From Chiloscyllium plagiosum (taxonomy: Eukaryota), in NCBI RefSeq assembly GCF_004010195.1, contig NC_057719.1, positions 4,827,794 through 4,891,793 on the forward strand: DNA of 64,000 nt. Reading direction: 5' to 3'. A program made the position numbers and the translations under genes. How positions within the stretch are numbered: the first letter of the stretch is position 1; every line of letters begins with the position of its first letter. This document shows, piece by piece, positions 24,784-39,339 of the stretch. The notes below the pieces were generated by a model, which worked only from the letters and a program-made list of their open reading frames with translations, was not told the DNA's origin and did not search any database.

Positions 24784-24843
24784 ATGGAGGTGACCATCTC
24801 GGAACTGATGGGGCAGTTTCTGGACAGCCCCCTGGTGACCTGG
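24784..24843 (+). CDS. CCDC88C: CCDC88C (Daple) coding exon 1, HOOK-like N-terminal domain
   Basis: accATGG Kozak context; translates MEVTISELMGQFLDSPLVTW, matching the Daple N-terminus as I recall it ([20 protein letters not shown]); donor GTAAGT at 24844; 60 nt, phase 0. Confidence 0.93.
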
Positions 24844-25305
24844 GTAAGTGTGAGCCTGGGATCAGAGTCAGCCAGCTTTCACTTTACACTCCGTACGTGT
24901 GTGTTGCGGGGGAGGGAGATGGTGGCAAGAGTCTGAGTGGGGCTGTGAGAGTGTGGGGCTGGTGTGTATGAGGGGTTAGAGTGTGGAGGGTGTGAGTGGG
25001 GGAAGATTAGAGTATGCGTGGGTGAGTGTGTATCGAAGGAGTGAGGGTAGTGGTGAGTGTTTGTGGGGAATGATAGAGTGTGAAGGGTTAAGTGTGTGGT
25101 GGGGAGGTGAGTGTGGGGGGGGATAGTGAAGGGGTGAGTCTGAATGTGTGAGTCTCTGTTTTTGTAAATGTGATTTTTTTTTTTCTTTGGTTGTTTCTGG
25201 AGGTGGTGGGGGAGTCACTTTCTAACCTGTTTCACTGCCTGAGGTGGCAATTGTATCATTTTTACCTGGAACTGCATTTTAATATTTTTCTAAATCATCT
25301 TTCAG

Positions 25306-25406
25306 GTTAAAACTTTTGGACCAGTGGGAGGGAAGAGCAATGACAAAGTCACCACATACATGGATTTAGTGGATGGAGTGTTCCTGCACAAAATCATGTT
25401 GCAAAT
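25306..25406 (+). CDS. CCDC88C: CCDC88C coding exon 2
   Basis: Acceptor tcatctttcAG; translates [33 protein letters not shown](I); donor GTGAGT; 101 nt, in frame with exon 1. Confidence 0.93.
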
Positions 25407-28400
25407 GTGAGTTGGTCTCTGTCTCACTTTCGATATGACTCTTCTAATGGCTTCAGTGCCTTATCGTTTATTTCAAAGCCACATCTCCACCAATAGCACA
25501 GAATGAGCCTGCTCTAAGGTCCTGGGCTATGGGCAAGTTCAGAGGGATTCCCCTGATTTGTGCAGCAAAGTGGCTTCTTCACAAGTTGGCCCACCTTTTG
25601 CCCACCAGTAACCTCTCTGGCTCTTAACACCGTCTCGTAATTGTGCAGCAACTTTTTGAAGTACTGAACCGTGAGAGTTTCAGCTCAGGCAGGAAAGAGG
25701 GAGAAACACGGGTCGGGTTTCATTGTACACTGACTTGAGCTGTTGTTAGATTCTCAGTCTGTTGTCAGGGCGGAAGTGGAATCAAGGGTAAAGAGACCCT
25801 GATGAAGGCGGGAAGGGTTTTGCCATTTCGTTTAAAGAGGACAACAGATGTGAAGTTCGGTGGATAGCCTGTGGTAATGTGAGAGGTTGGAATAAGTAGC
25901 TGCCCCACTTAAAGGTACTAGGTTCTATTGTGAATATGCCAGAGAATGACCCAAAAACATCAGAGAATGGTGATATAAAATCACCATCTGTCTACAGTGC
26001 AAATTAACAAATGCAAACATCAACAACTTATTGCTGCAGAGCCTTTTAAAGTGTCCCAAAGGTGCTTCAAGGAAATCGAGAATAATTTAAAACTGTTCAC
26101 ATTTTCAAATGTCATCAATGTAAACTTTTTTTCAGGCCACAGACCATAATCAGTGGTGTCAGATCCCTCGCTAATCTTGCCCCTTTCCTAACTGTGAACG
26201 ACCTCCAGCCTGACAATCAAGTCCACTTCAACTTTTTAAAGTTCCCAAGAAACGTGTCCCAAAGTGCTTCCGGCTCAGGGTCATACAAATCCAGCAGAGG
26301 AAAAGGCTTTTCGGTCCATGCCATTTCTGCTGGTTCAAAGCAGCCACCTCACTATTGTATTCCTATTTTCCACCACTTGGCCCTTCACCTTGTATGCAAT
26401 CAGCATTATTGAAGAACTTCTGAAACATCATGAGAATGTCTGCCTCTACCTCCCTTACAGGCAGTGAGTTCCAGACTCCTGCCACCCTCTAAACCTCCTG
26501 CCCCTTACCTTAAATCCATGCCTGTCTTTTTTTCCCTCTGCCAAGGGGCCAAGCCACTTCTTCCTGTCTACCCTGCCTAAGTCATAGAGTCATAAACCCT
26601 TCCTATTCATACACCCATCCAGATGCCTTTTAAATGTTGCAATTCTACTAGCCTCCTTCATCATTTTGTAGATCTCAATCATGCCCTCTACACACAGACA
26701 TACAGACACCCACCTCCCAGGCTTTCCTGCTCAAAGGAAAACCACCCCAGTCTATCCAATCTCTCTTCATAATTGAAATGTTCCCTGGTAAATCTCCACT
26801 GCACCCTCTCCAGTGCTATCACATTGAATGTAGACCAATACAGTGCACCCTCCATAAATCATTATCAGGCACAATCTGAGCCACACAAGATATTAAGACT
26901 GTGTTATGATCCTTGCTGATGATTCTCTTGGTCAAGTCAGATAGCAGAGTGAAATCTAGCTATACAGATCACATGGGACTTTTTAGTTGGGTTTTCAAGG
27001 TGGTTAGTCACTGAAACATGTTCACATCAGGCTGCAGCTTTGCTTTAACAGACCACAACGTAAGAAATTCAAAATGAAAACAAGCTGTGTAAATAGATAC
27101 AACAGTTGGAATGATCGCAGTTTTCAAAATAAAATGTCTAAGTAGGGGTAATAATTTTCTGGGCTATGGGCAAGAGCAAGGGAGTGGGACTAATTTGAGA
27201 ATGCTTTCAAAATCTAGTACCCCTCTCATGTTCAATGGCCTCCAAGAATGCAGAATCATTGTCTGAACGTATCGGTAGGTGTACAATATCGAGTCATAGC
27301 TTTCACTGTGTTAAATGCTTGCTGGTGTGAAATGGTACCTGTGGATAGAACAATAGTGCAGCAGATTTCTTTATGGTAACTCAATCCGGTGCTTGGATGT
27401 TTGATGGTTTTCTCTAATATTTCGGTGGTTGAGTCGGTGTGTGGAAGAGTCTGGGATTTTGCAGGCTTTGAGAAGTGATCGAGTGACGCTGTGCATGACC
27501 CCACTGATCAAAGTATTTTAGATTCACTTGTATTCCACAAGGTCACAAAGAAAGCAATTTCCTTGTTCCACAAGTGTAACTAGGAGCCGAGAAGTGTAGA
27601 CTGGGAGAACCCTTTGTGTTAGTATTTGTTGGAAGCTGTTGCCACAAACAGCTGAGCCATTTTAGAAAGTGCTCTATCAGTCATACAGCACAGGAGGAGG
27701 TGCTTTGGCCCATTATACTTATACTGACACAGCCAGTGATTCACCTCCTTTCTTCCCTTTGGCTTTGTGCCTTTTATTTTCCCTGAAAGGATCCACTCAC
27801 TTGGGTATGAGTTCATGTTATGTGTTGGAACTCTGCAGTTAAGTCCAACAAGTGATCCTGAGGTGGAATTCTCTTCCAGACTGCATTCCCTCTCTATCCC
27901 TGTAACCTCCACTTCCAAAACCCTTTGAAAAATGAGTTCAACCACTGCAGCTTCCCCTGCCTTCCTTCGCTCCACCATTAGCACGTTCAGCTCTGGAATT
28001 CCCTGGATTTTCTTTGAACCATCTTCTCCTCTTCCTCTCCATTTTTATTAAAAACCTACCTCTTCAACTGAGCTTTGATTGCCTGGTGTAATAGCTCCTT
28101 GTGTGGCTGAGCCCAAGATTTGCTTGGTAACACTTGCACCTCGCCAGAGGCTCTATACAAGTTACATTGAATCCCAATGGATAGAAGAATATAACAATGT
28201 GAAATGAGTACTGCCTCTCTGAACCCAGTTCCTGCTGGGTGTTGGCAAAGTTGGCACCTAATTAATCATCTGACTCAAAGGGGATGAGGCACAGGGGAAG
28301 AAATTGGCAGGAATACCCAGGGGCAACATGAAGAAAGATTTTGTTTTGCATAGTGAGTTGTTGTGATCTGAAAGGCACTGTTTGCAAAGGGCAGTAGAAG

Positions 28401-28817
28401 CTGACTCTATCATCATAACTTTTAAAAGGGAGTTCAGTAAACACTCTTCAAGGAAGATAAAAATACAGGGATAATAGAAAAGTGTTCGAGTTGGATTACT
28501 AGGATAGAGGGACCAGGGAACATTATCTCTGAATAAGGGTTTGGGCATTTTAAGGTAGAGATTGAGGAAGAATTTTGTTTCCTGAGGGGAGTGAACCTGT
28601 GTAATTCTTCACTGCAAAGGACTGTAGATGCTGAGTCATAAATATATTCAAGGCTGAGAGTCAGATTTTTAATCAGCAGTAAGGAAATCTGGGGCTATGG
28701 GAAAAGGCAGGAAAATGGAGTTGAGGATGATCACATCAGCCTTGATCTGACCGAATGGACTTGATGGGCTGAATGGCCTCTTTCTGCTCCAGTGCTTGGT
28801 CTTCTAGATCTTTCGTG

Positions 28818-30372
28818 ATGTGGAGGTGCCGGTGTTGGACTGGGGTGGACAAGGCCAGAAGTCACATGACACCAGGTTATAGTCCAACCGGTTTATTTGG
28901 GATCACAAGCGAATGGAGGGAAGTGCTCAGGCCCAAAATTTATAGGCAGAGAGATCAAAAGATCATGCAACTGGTGTGAGTGGAGTGTTGACCGGTTGAA
29001 TAGCAAGTGAAGGGGTGATCTATAATCCGATTAATTCAAGCAGAGGTAATTACAAAAAATTAAAAGTAAGGTGGTGCTGGAGACAAACCAAGCAGCTGGA
29101 ATAACAGGGTAGATGTAAGAGTCATATGCCGAGGGTCTAAGCAAAGTAACAAGTAACCCACAACTGTACAAACTAATTAAGATAGAGATCATAACATGTT
29201 ATCAAGGTGATGATGTCAAAACATGACCGTAAGGAAGACTTTACCATGTAACAGTATGGTGGGGTTACATTTGCACAACATGAACTCAAGATCACGGGCG
29301 AAGGTGACTTCATGGGTATAGAACTTGGCTATCAGTTTCTGCTCGGTGACTCTGCATTGTTGTGTATCTTGGAGTTCGCGTACCCGAAGATTGGAGGCTG
29401 AATGTTTCTGTCGATGAAGTGTTCCCTGACTGAGAGGGAACACGGCCTGGGGGTTGTTGTGTGGTGTCCATTCGTCTGTTGTTGTAGCTTTTCCTTGGTC
29501 TCACCAATGTACCATGCCACGGGGCATCCTTGCCTGCAGGTCATGAGGTAGACAATATTAGCTGATTCACACGAGTATCTGCTGTGTACCTGGTGGGTGG
29601 TGTCCCACGTGTGACGGTAGTGTCTGTCGATGATCTGACCTGTCCGCAGAGGTTGCCGTGGCAGGGTTGTGTGGTGTTGTGGTCGATGTTCCCCTGAAGG
29701 CTGGGTAGTTTGCTGCAAACCAGGATCTATTCAAGGATTGCCGGTTGTTTGAAGGAGAGATGTGGAGGCATAGGGATGATCTCGGTGAGATGTTCATCGT
29801 TATCAATAACCTAGCTGCAAAGGACATGGTGTAGTTGCTCCGTTCTGGGGAAATACTCCAGGGATGACGCAGGGTACTCTCAGTCGTGTCCTGTGTCTGA
29901 CTTCTGAGGAGGTTGTTGCAGTTTTTCGCCGTGACACGTCAGAACTGTCGATCGATGAGTTGAGTATGGCACCCAGCTCTTATGAGGGCATCCTTCAGGT
30001 GTCCATCGCATTCCTTCTTGTCTGAGCAGATCTTGTGTAGAGCTTGTCTGTACGGGGTGGCTTCTTTAACATGTTTAAGATGGAAGCTTGAAGTGTAGCA
30101 TTGCGAAATTCTCGTGGGTTTGTGGTGGAGTGAGGTACTGAGGTGGCTGTCCTTGATGGAGATGTGTGTGTTCAAAAATAAAATGGATACTGAAGAGAGG
30201 TCTATGGTAAGTCTGAAGCTGGGATGAAACTCGTTGTGTAATAATTTCAGTGATCCCTTGCCATGAGTCCAAAGGAAGAAAATGTCATCAATGTATCTGG
30301 TGTTTAATGTTGGTGGGAGGTCTTGTACAGCAAAGAAGTCTTGCCTGAACTTGTGTATGAAAATGTTGGCTT
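28818..30372 (-). mobile_element. Degenerate Penelope-like element (RT plus GIY-YIG), antisense in intron 2
   Basis: Minus strand RYIDDIFFLWTHG (~30260-30300) and YSCESANIVYLMTCRQGCPVAWYIGETK; terminal repeat CACCAGGTTATAGTCCAAC. Confidence 0.85.
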
Positions 30373-30825
30373 ATTAAGGTTGTGGAGGAGAAAGGGGAGG
30401 CTGTGTGTCAAATGTATTTTGAATTCTTGTCACATTATTTATCAGACAGCATGTTCAGAAACCCAGTTACATCCATTCCAATATAAGTCTTGGATATGAC
30501 ACTTGAAGAAATTATGCTCTCACTGTGGGGAGAAGACTGTGGGGGTGGGGGGAGTCAGTCTGAGCTGACTGATGCAGGAGACAAGTGTTGGACTTCATCT
30601 CAATCGGAGTGTCTGAATTTAAAATACAAGTGTGAGATCCTCCTGCTTACAAAGACAGGATTAGTGAAAATACAATTGCACTTTCTTGATCGCCAAGTGG
30701 AGTTGGAACTGAACCAAGGCTTTTTGCCAAGGCACCATCTATTCATCAAAATGTACAGCATAAAAACAGACCCTTTGGTCCAACTCATCCAGGCCGACCT
30801 GATCTCCTAACCTAATCTAGTCCCA

Positions 30826-30980
30826 ATGTGGGGGAGCCGGTGTTGGACTGGGGTGGACAAAGTTAAAAATCACACAGTACCAGGTTATAGTCCAACAGGT
30901 TTATTTGGATGCACTAGCTTTCGGAATACTGCTCCTTCATCAGGTAGTTGTCAACTGCAAAAATTGTGATTTTTAACTTC
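30826..30980 (-). mobile_element. Penelope-type end inserted in a CR1 tail
   Basis: 11-bp TSD ATCTAGTCCCA (30815-30825, 30981-30991). Confidence 0.75.
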
Positions 30981-31600
30981 ATCTAGTCCCATTTGCCAGC
31001 ACTTGGCCCATATCCCTTTAAACTCTTCCTATTCATATACCCATCCAGATGCCTTCTTAAATGTTGTAATTGTACCAGCCTCCTCCACTTCCTCTGGCTC
31101 CACCAGTGTTCAAGACTGAGATGAGGAGAATTTTTTTTTTCCACAGAAATCCCTGAGTTTTTGGAACTCTCTTCCTTCAAAAGGTGATGGAAACAAAGTC
31201 CTTTTTGATATTTTTAAGGCAGGGGTGGATAGCATGTGAGTGAAAGGTTATCAGGGGGTGAAGTGTAGGTGGGAAAGTGGTGTAATTAGACCAGCCCTGA
31301 CTAATACAGCATGCTCGAGGGACTGAAGGGCCCACTCCCAGCCCCTCCTCCATACTTTTATAAAGGGTGTGGGGATAGTGACGGGGAACAGAAGAGGGGA
31401 GTCTAGATGGAGTTGGGTTCTGAAGAATACTTTGTGTATTTGAATCCAGGATTGTATGCCTATTATTTTATGTCGCTGCTTCCAAGTGTGGATGAAATAA
31501 TTCGCCTGAGACACTGTAACATTTTTTGTGGAAATGAGTTTGGGCAACTCTGGTCCATTTTAACTATCTAACTTGTTTTTAGACAAGAGTGGCCACGAGG

Positions 31601-31865
31601 GGAAAGGTGAGGACTGCAGATGCTGGAGATCAAAGTTGAGAGTGTGGTGTTGGAAACACAGCAGGTCAGGCAGCATCTGAGGAGCAGGAAAATCGACGTT
31701 TCTGGCAAAAGCCCTTCATCAGGAAGGGTTTCATTTCTGAGGAAGGGCTTTTGCCTGAAATGTCAATTTTCCTGCTCCTCGGATGCCGCCTGACCTGCTG
31801 TGCTTTTCCAGCACCACTCTAATTTCGACTCTGATTTCCAGCATCTGCAATCCTCACTTTTGCCT
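31601..31865. mobile_element. Inverted pair of Penelope-type ends (hairpin)
   Basis: Imperfect inverted arms of ~120 bp around a short spacer at ~31726-31735. Confidence 0.8.
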
Positions 31866-34800
31866 TCTCTCTACACTGTCCCTATCAAACACTGCCAGGG
31901 CAGCTACAGATTAGAACCAACTGATATAGGTGACCGCTTTTGACAACCAATTAGTTTCCTACAGGAACTGTCCTCCTGAGGATTATCCTCCATCGGAATT
32001 CCGGAACTGTGATTAACATTTACTGTTCCTTGTTTAAAATTGTCAGCGAGTTCCTCTTGGGCTCCTAACAGAGTTGGAGGTCACACAATACATTTTGGAG
32101 CCATTGATGATTCTCTTTCAAACAAAAGACACAAAAAGCAGATCCTTGGTCTAATTAGTAACGGCCACCATTACTGACGCAAATCATTTATATTTATTCT
32201 GACAACCACCTGATATGGAGTGTTGCTCCGAAAGCTAGTGCTTCCAATTAAACCTGTTTGACTATAACCTGGTGTTGTGATTTTTAACTTTGTACAGCCC
32301 AGTCCAACACCGGCATCTCCAAGTCATTCATTTTTCACTTTTCACAAACTTGGGGTAACTGAGCCCAATGACATTCCATGGATGTGCAGTTATTGTTACG
32401 ATATAGAAACCAGGCACTTCAAACTGCTTTGCGTATGTTGGTACAAATGTTTCTTTTTGTCTGAATGGCCTGAATATAGTTCTGATCTGAATGGAAGTGC
32501 AGTATCAATGGGACGACTGTATCAGCAGGTGTTTATTTTTGTTTGCTGTGTAAATGATGAGTTTATCTGCAAGAACAGCTTTGTAAATAATGCTAAAATA
32601 ATGCTACTGATGACACAGAAGGCATATTGTCTGATGCTTGGTGTTCTGGATCTATTCCTCTGAGATCGGATAGCAATTCACAAGCCGTTTGGAGAATTAA
32701 TGGTATTTGTCTTGTGAATTGATGTCAGGCCATCCACTGCTGTCTGAAAGATGAGTTGTAAGCAGACCGGCACTTTGAATCCAAGAAAGACAAATTGGAG
32801 TTTATTTTGAACAGTGAGAAACTCTGAGCTGAGATTCGGGAGTCTGAACAGACAAATGTTTAAAAGCCAGAGTACAAGTACAAAAACAGTGAAATAATTC
32901 AACAGAATATCCATCTTTATCTCTAGGGCCGTAATGCAAAGGTGCTGGTGTTGGACTGGGGTGGACAAGGTCAGAATTCACATGACCCCAGGTTACAATC
33001 CAACGGGTTTATCTGAAATCATAGGCTTTAGGAGTGCTGCTTCTTCATCACCTGACAAAGGGGCAGTGTTCCGAAAGCTTGTGACTTCAAATAAATCTGT
33101 TGGACTAAACCTGGTGTCATGTGACTTTATCTCAAGGGAACTGGAATATGAAGGAAAGGCAGCCTTGCTCTGACCCACTTTGGGGTATGATGGTGTGTTT
33201 TTGTCACTGCACTATTGGGAAGGTGGAACAATAATACACTGCATATTCGCTTAATTTAACCCTGATGCCCGGCTTAATTCATAAAGATTGGGTTTATAAA
33301 CTTGAAGTTGGGCAGGCAGCTTGATTTGAGGTATCAAAAGTGATAAAGGATTTGTTTGGGATTGATTTTTTTTTTTTCCTTTTTTTTGGGAATGTGGGAC
33401 AAGGGAGAGGGACAGTCTTAAAATGAGAGCAAGGAATGAAATCTGGAAACCCTTTCACTCAGGATAGTGGTCAGTTTTGGTTGCTTCAGTCAATTTTTTT
33501 TGTACTAGAGTTTTGACACTTCCTCACTCTGATTAAAGAATGTGTTGGCCTTCGAGCCAGAGGTTGAGTCCAAATCCTTGCCTGAACAATGTGAAGTTAA
33601 ATGGCCTCTTGACTGAGCTGAATGATGTACCTGGAACCTCTGTGGGGGCAGAATTGCTTGGCCCTCCCACAAGGCTGGTTTGGAGGCAGGGTGGCATTTA
33701 ACTGGATGGGAGAGACCATTCTCCCCTCTGCCTGTGTCAATCCTATTTGAGTCCCATCAGTAAACTATTAATGTTTCATCCTCTACTGTGCAGAATTATC
33801 TTGGCTCCAAATGTATCATGTGACGTCTACTTCTGTCTGATGTCCAGCAGGAAGGTGGCAACCATGTGAACAAGTATCAGCCTGGGTTTGACCCTTCACT
33901 GCCATCTGGGCATTTGGCGATGGGCAATAAATCCAGGCCTAGCCAGCAATGCCCACATCATGCCTGTAAGTAAGGAGAGAGAGAGGGGGACCCTGAGGAG
34001 GTTGCTTCTAGTCTTTGGGGTGGGATTCCCTTTTTCACAATGCCTCATAGGGAAGGGAGTGGGTGTGAGGGGGAGGGGGAGGGGGGAGTGTTGCTGCTGT
34101 GAGTCTCTCTCCTACCTGCTCTTGCTGAGACTCACAAAAACTTTCAAGGTTCACTTGTGTTCTTTTGCAAGGGTGGTCTGGCTTCCTGGTCTGGCCTGTC
34201 TTAGGTGTGACCCACAGTAATGGTGGGTTTTATCACGATCTCCTGGACAGTTAGCAATGGGTAATACATGCTGGCCTAGCCAGTGAGGTCAAATCCAGTT
34301 AATGAGTTGTAAAACAAAATCTGCTGCCATTCCTCAGAAATGTCACTGTCAGGGAGCTTTAGATGAATTTGTTGATTTTGAAAAAAAAGACCTGTTGTTA
34401 GCCAGGTTCTGGAATTAAGTGCAGCATTATCAACAAACTGACCACAGTGGAGCAGCCGTTTACGGTATTAGATGTTAGGACCCTGACAGTCAGTGAGAGG
34501 CTCTGTGAATTCCCATCCATTTAACTGCACACGTTGCTTAACTGTGTCAACATTATTCACTCACTGACCTCTGCAGGGACAACAGCGCTGAGAGCAGTGA
34601 CTCCCACATCAAAGCACTAAGTGTGAGCACTTGGGAAGGCTTAACTTTAACCTTTGAGAAACCCAGGGCGCTGTGGTTTGATTCCGAATGATGCTGTACC
34701 GGGGCTTAGAGGCTGTAGTTATGAATAGGTTCCATCAACACTGCTGGTATTCTCTTGTGTTTTAGCACATCTGAGGGGTGATCCAGATAGTGTTTTGAAT

Positions 34801-35139
34801 GTTAAAAGGATTCCATCAGGGTCGTTACAGAGAAAGGATTCCCTCTGGTTGGGGAGCACTGAAAGAGAAGGTGGGCCGTTTTCCAGAATGGTTTCTGGAA
34901 GCTCTTCCACCTCCTAAAGGATGGTGGATGTCCGTCAGTATCTCCCCCGAAAACATTGTGAATGCTGGGGGGTTAATTGGCCTTTTCGAGACTATTAATT
35001 GTGTTGTCATTGAGCTATCAATTGTAATGGAGCAGAAAGGCACTTTTGTTTTCCTTAATTCATTAGTGAGGTATGGGTATTGCTGGCAAGGCCAGTTTCT
35101 CTTGCCATTAAACTAATTGGTTGCTCAGCCATTTCATTA

Positions 35140-35388
35140 CATTACATTACATTAGATTACAGTGTGGAAACAGGCCCTTCGGCCCAACAAGTCCACACTG
35201 ACCCGCCGAAGCGTAACTCACCCATACCCTTACATTTACCCCTTAGCTAACACTACGGGCAATTTAGCATGGCCAATTCACCTGACCTGCACATCTTTGG
35301 ACTGTGGGAGGAAACCGGAGCACCCGGAGGAAACCCACGCATAAACTGGGAGAACGTGCAAACTCCACACAGCCAGTCGCCTGAGGCG
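35140..35388 (-). mobile_element. V-SINE (HE1-like), 5'-truncated
   Basis: Near-identical to 3915-4160. Confidence 0.85.
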
Positions 35389-38109
35389 GTCATGAGTCAA
35401 ACACATTCCTGTTTGCCCAGAGTTACATGTAGGTCAGACTGGATAAGGACAGTAACTGGGAGAAACTGCCTATCTCTTCCTTCATTCTCCTGGAGTTGGG
35501 TAACACTAATTTGAATCCCTTCAGATAATTTGGGGACTGGGCAGGTCAAAGGTCGGAAGCCTCACTTGCAATGGGATCTACGTAGTTGAAGAACTTCTGT
35601 CTCCTCCAGTAGGAGATTGTGGATCAGCCATGTGAACAGAGGAAACACCTCTTTAAACAAAAAGTCCCCTTGTCCCAAAGGGTGATGGTGTGAATTGAAT
35701 TTGTGATATTTAATTATGATAGGTGTTAGATCAGGAAATAAGGCGTTACAAATACGTAGAAAAACTGAGATGCTGCGCATTCTCATTTTCTCCAAAAAGG
35801 GAACTGCCCCATGTAACAGCAATCTAAGAATTGGCTCGATGGTGTAAATGATAGTCGCCTCAATGGAGCTGAATGATCTTTTCCTCTTGCTAAAAGTTAT
35901 CTATGAAACAGGTGGGCGAGAGCCAGACCAACCGGATTAGTGCAAAAAAAACTCGCGGATAATATGTCAAACATCAGCTGGGAAAAGTCATTCTCACCAG
36001 ACACATTGCTATTCAGATTGTGTATTCAGTCTGTTAAGTAACAATGCAGCTGTTGGTGGAGAGGTTCCTGTCCCTTGTTGATGAGAATATTTAACCATTT
36101 TGTTCAATAGTAGTTGGACGTTGAGAACACTCTAAAAGTGGAGCGACTGCTTGTGTTTTTCCGTGAGTGGGTTCTTGAGCTTGGTGGTTGTTTTGCCTAA
36201 ATTCAGTCATCTTGTTTAGTGAGGTGAACACGCCATGCATGAGGTTAATGGGGCACACATACACACTGGGAATATGATGCAGCTCCTGGTCGATCAATTC
36301 CTGCAGATGCAGACTGACGGCTGCTGCTATCTCTGGTTGTCTGGACCCTGTCGCAGTTTGGACACGTGACACGTCTCTTGTAAAAGTTCAGAAGCAAAAG
36401 AAAAGAAAGACTTGCATTTAAATAGCAACCTCAGGAAGTCCCAAACCACTTCAGTTTTCCTTCCAAAGCACCATCTGTCAGTTTTTTTTTAAAGCAGATT
36501 TCAGTCCTCCCCTTTGCCTTTTCTCTGTAACCCTGAGTTTCTCAGTGTAAGGCAATCCCCAGTAACTCCTTTTCTAATCAGTCCACTGGCTGTACCAGAC
36601 AGACATTCCAACAACTTGTGGTGGAAGAATATCTCTCCCCTGGTTATTTTCTTTCCTACCCAGCTTTTCACTGTATCTCTACATGTGACAACAATAAATC
36701 AAATCCAGTCTATTACACACAACGGAGCGAGTTGCCCACCACTAAAACCTCCGTGACTTTCTTTTCCCCTTTTTTTTTAAACTAGTAACTACCTCCTGCT
36801 TAACACTGTGTAGCCAGTGGGCTATTTTACAAGCCGACCCAATGCAGGCAATGCGAGCCATCAAGGCTGAAAGTGGTGGAGCATTGATGAACACCGAGTG
36901 CTCTTTCTCCAGTGACACGTGGGCACAAACTTAACCATAGGCATGGAGCAGACAGTTGGCAGATATGTTCCCCTCCGCAGTGTGTGCTGCCTGGATCTCT
37001 GTGTAGCTAGCCTGGCCACGAACATCCACAACTGATATCTAGATGGCTCTTGGACTCCACAGCACCACAAAATAAACAGATGGGCTGGGAGTCTGTGAAC
37101 TACCACAATCGACTTGTGGATCTAGTTTTAAAAAATTCCTCTGTTTTAAAGGCACTTAAAAGGTGTCAATGGAGAGTGTGATCCATCACTTGTGTGTTGT
37201 CGATTGGCATGAAGCACCCAGGTTTTAGGATGGTGGGTCAGGAGGGGCCCATACAAGTTCTCGAATAACTGTTTTGCTCTCTGAGAATTGGGTAAGTTGG
37301 TGGAGCTGGCAAAATGTGGGTACGATCTTGTTGAAGGATTCAGTTAATGGCAGCATTTTTAATCAGCACGTTCAGAGATGTTATGACACCCCTCCCAAGC
37401 AGATTGGCTGGCTACAAACAACAGGTCCAGGGCTTGGGCCTTCTGCCTCAGAGATAGGGACACTACCACAAGAGCCCTCGAAGGCAGTGTTAGAAATGTT
37501 AGAAAAGTAGATCAGGTATGGAGTTTAGATTCTCAGTGTAGAACTCTGAGTGACCTTGAGCTATGAAACCGAGCAGTCTTTTACAGTGCCAGGAGAGTTA
37601 ATGAGTAGCACAGGGGTAAACAGTAATAACTGTGCAGGAGAACCCACCTGAAGTTTTATGTGGAATAAGGAACACATGAAGACTTGTCTCCTTGGTCACT
37701 GCAAAAGCTCTTTCACAATCTCCACTTTCCCACTTACCGAATCAATTAGCTCTCTGCTGAGTTGTGTCCAAATCCAACTACACCAGGAGAGAACTGAAAT
37801 AGCAATGTTAATGAGGTGGTATTGTTCAAAAGGAAGCGTGTGGCAGCATCTTGAAGCAGATAGACATTCAGCCTATAAATCCCTTCCATGCACCTTATGG
37901 CAAGTGGTAAGATTGTAAGAGTTTCTTGGTCAGTCATCCCAGGGAAAGCAGTGGAAAATCAGTGCTCTGTTTGTGTAAGCAAGGACAAATCTGTTGAAAT
38001 TCTATGGCCCAATCCTCTGGAACAAGGGCAGAGGGGGAAAAAAAAGACAGATTGCTCACCAGTGAAACACATTCTCATAAGCAAAGTTGCCAGGGGATTT
38101 GGTTGTGGG

Positions 38110-38405
38110 AACACAGTGGTGTAATGGTCATGTGACTGGGCTAATAATCCAGATCCCAGCATAATGTGATGGGGACAAAAGTTCAAATGGTAGATGGTGG
38201 AAAAATTAATTTGGTAAAAATTTGGACTTCGAAGCACGGTGACCATTTAACCTGTTGATCATCAGGGATGGCAGTATGTCACCTGACCTGCATGTGACTC
38301 TAATTACCCTCTGAAATGGACCTAATGTTGGTTTAGGTCAAGGGGCAACTAGGGATGGGGAGTAAGTGCTGGCCTAACCAGCAGTATCCACGTTCTGTGA
38401 ACAAA
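38110..38405 (+). mobile_element. tRNA-derived SINE, second family (degenerate)
   Basis: Head GTGGTGTAATGG, CATGTGACTC core and GGGATGGG..TGCTGGCCTA tail. Confidence 0.55.
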
Positions 38406-39339
38406 TAAATTAAAAAATCTGAAATAAAGTCAGAAAACACTTGTTTCTGGAGGAAGAGTCAGAACTCACATTTCAGATTGTTGATATTTTGGGGGGAGGG
38501 GGGGGTGAGGAAGACAGAGAAAAAAACAGGAAATGGCCATTCAGCCCCTCTGGACCTTCCCTTGCTATATATAAAGCAAGTAAATTATAGGGAGGCAAGG
38601 GAATGTAACTGTTGAATCCCATCGCGAGAACATCAGGAGCAGACCAATCCAGCCCCCAAACCTGCTTTTCTGTTCAATAAGGTTATGTCTCACTCCTCAG
38701 CCCCTCATCATGCAAATATCTACCTACCTCCACTTCCAGTAATCGAACCTCCACACCTTGCTGGGATAGGGAGATCTAGCCATTCACTACCTCCTGAAAG
38801 AAGACATTTCTTCATATCTCTGTTTTAAATTAGTGTCCCCTTATTCTGGAACAGTAACCCCTTGTTTGGGATTCCCCACCAAGTGGAAAACTGTCATCTC
38901 AATGTCTAGCCTATCAAGTCCCCTTAGAATCTTGCGTTTCAATACGAACTCACATGTTTTTCTAAACTGTTCAATACTTTGAAAGACTTTCATTGAGTGC
39001 CTATGCTCCTGGATGTCAGCACGCAGTCATTTTTCAACACCAGCCCTCTAGGAATCGGTAAATTTGTATACATTGCATTCTGCACCCTCCTCCTCATCAT
39101 CATTAATATAGATAGTTTATAATTGAGGCTGTAGTGCTGACATTTTTGCCATTAAACAAGTTGTATATATTTAAATTGAAACAAACCCACAATCCCAACT
39201 CTTGTCTTCTGTATGTTAACACATTCCATTTCCATGACGCTGCATTATCTCTAATGTTGTAAGCTCCTAAAGACCACAAGATCATAAATTATAAGAGCAG
39301 ACTCTACAACAAAGAAAAACGACCACTTTGTGTCTACAC

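Noticed and set aside
24900..25160. G/T-rich strand-biased tract in intron 1 as a G-quadruplex element
   Set aside because: Low-complexity degenerate (GT/GA) repeat similar to others in the window; nothing indicates function
34380..34720. Candidate intronic enhancer with RUNX-like words
   Set aside because: Short motifs are expected by chance; needs cross-species alignment
36800..37380. Possible degraded Tx1/L1-like fragment
   Set aside because: No motif I could translate with confidence
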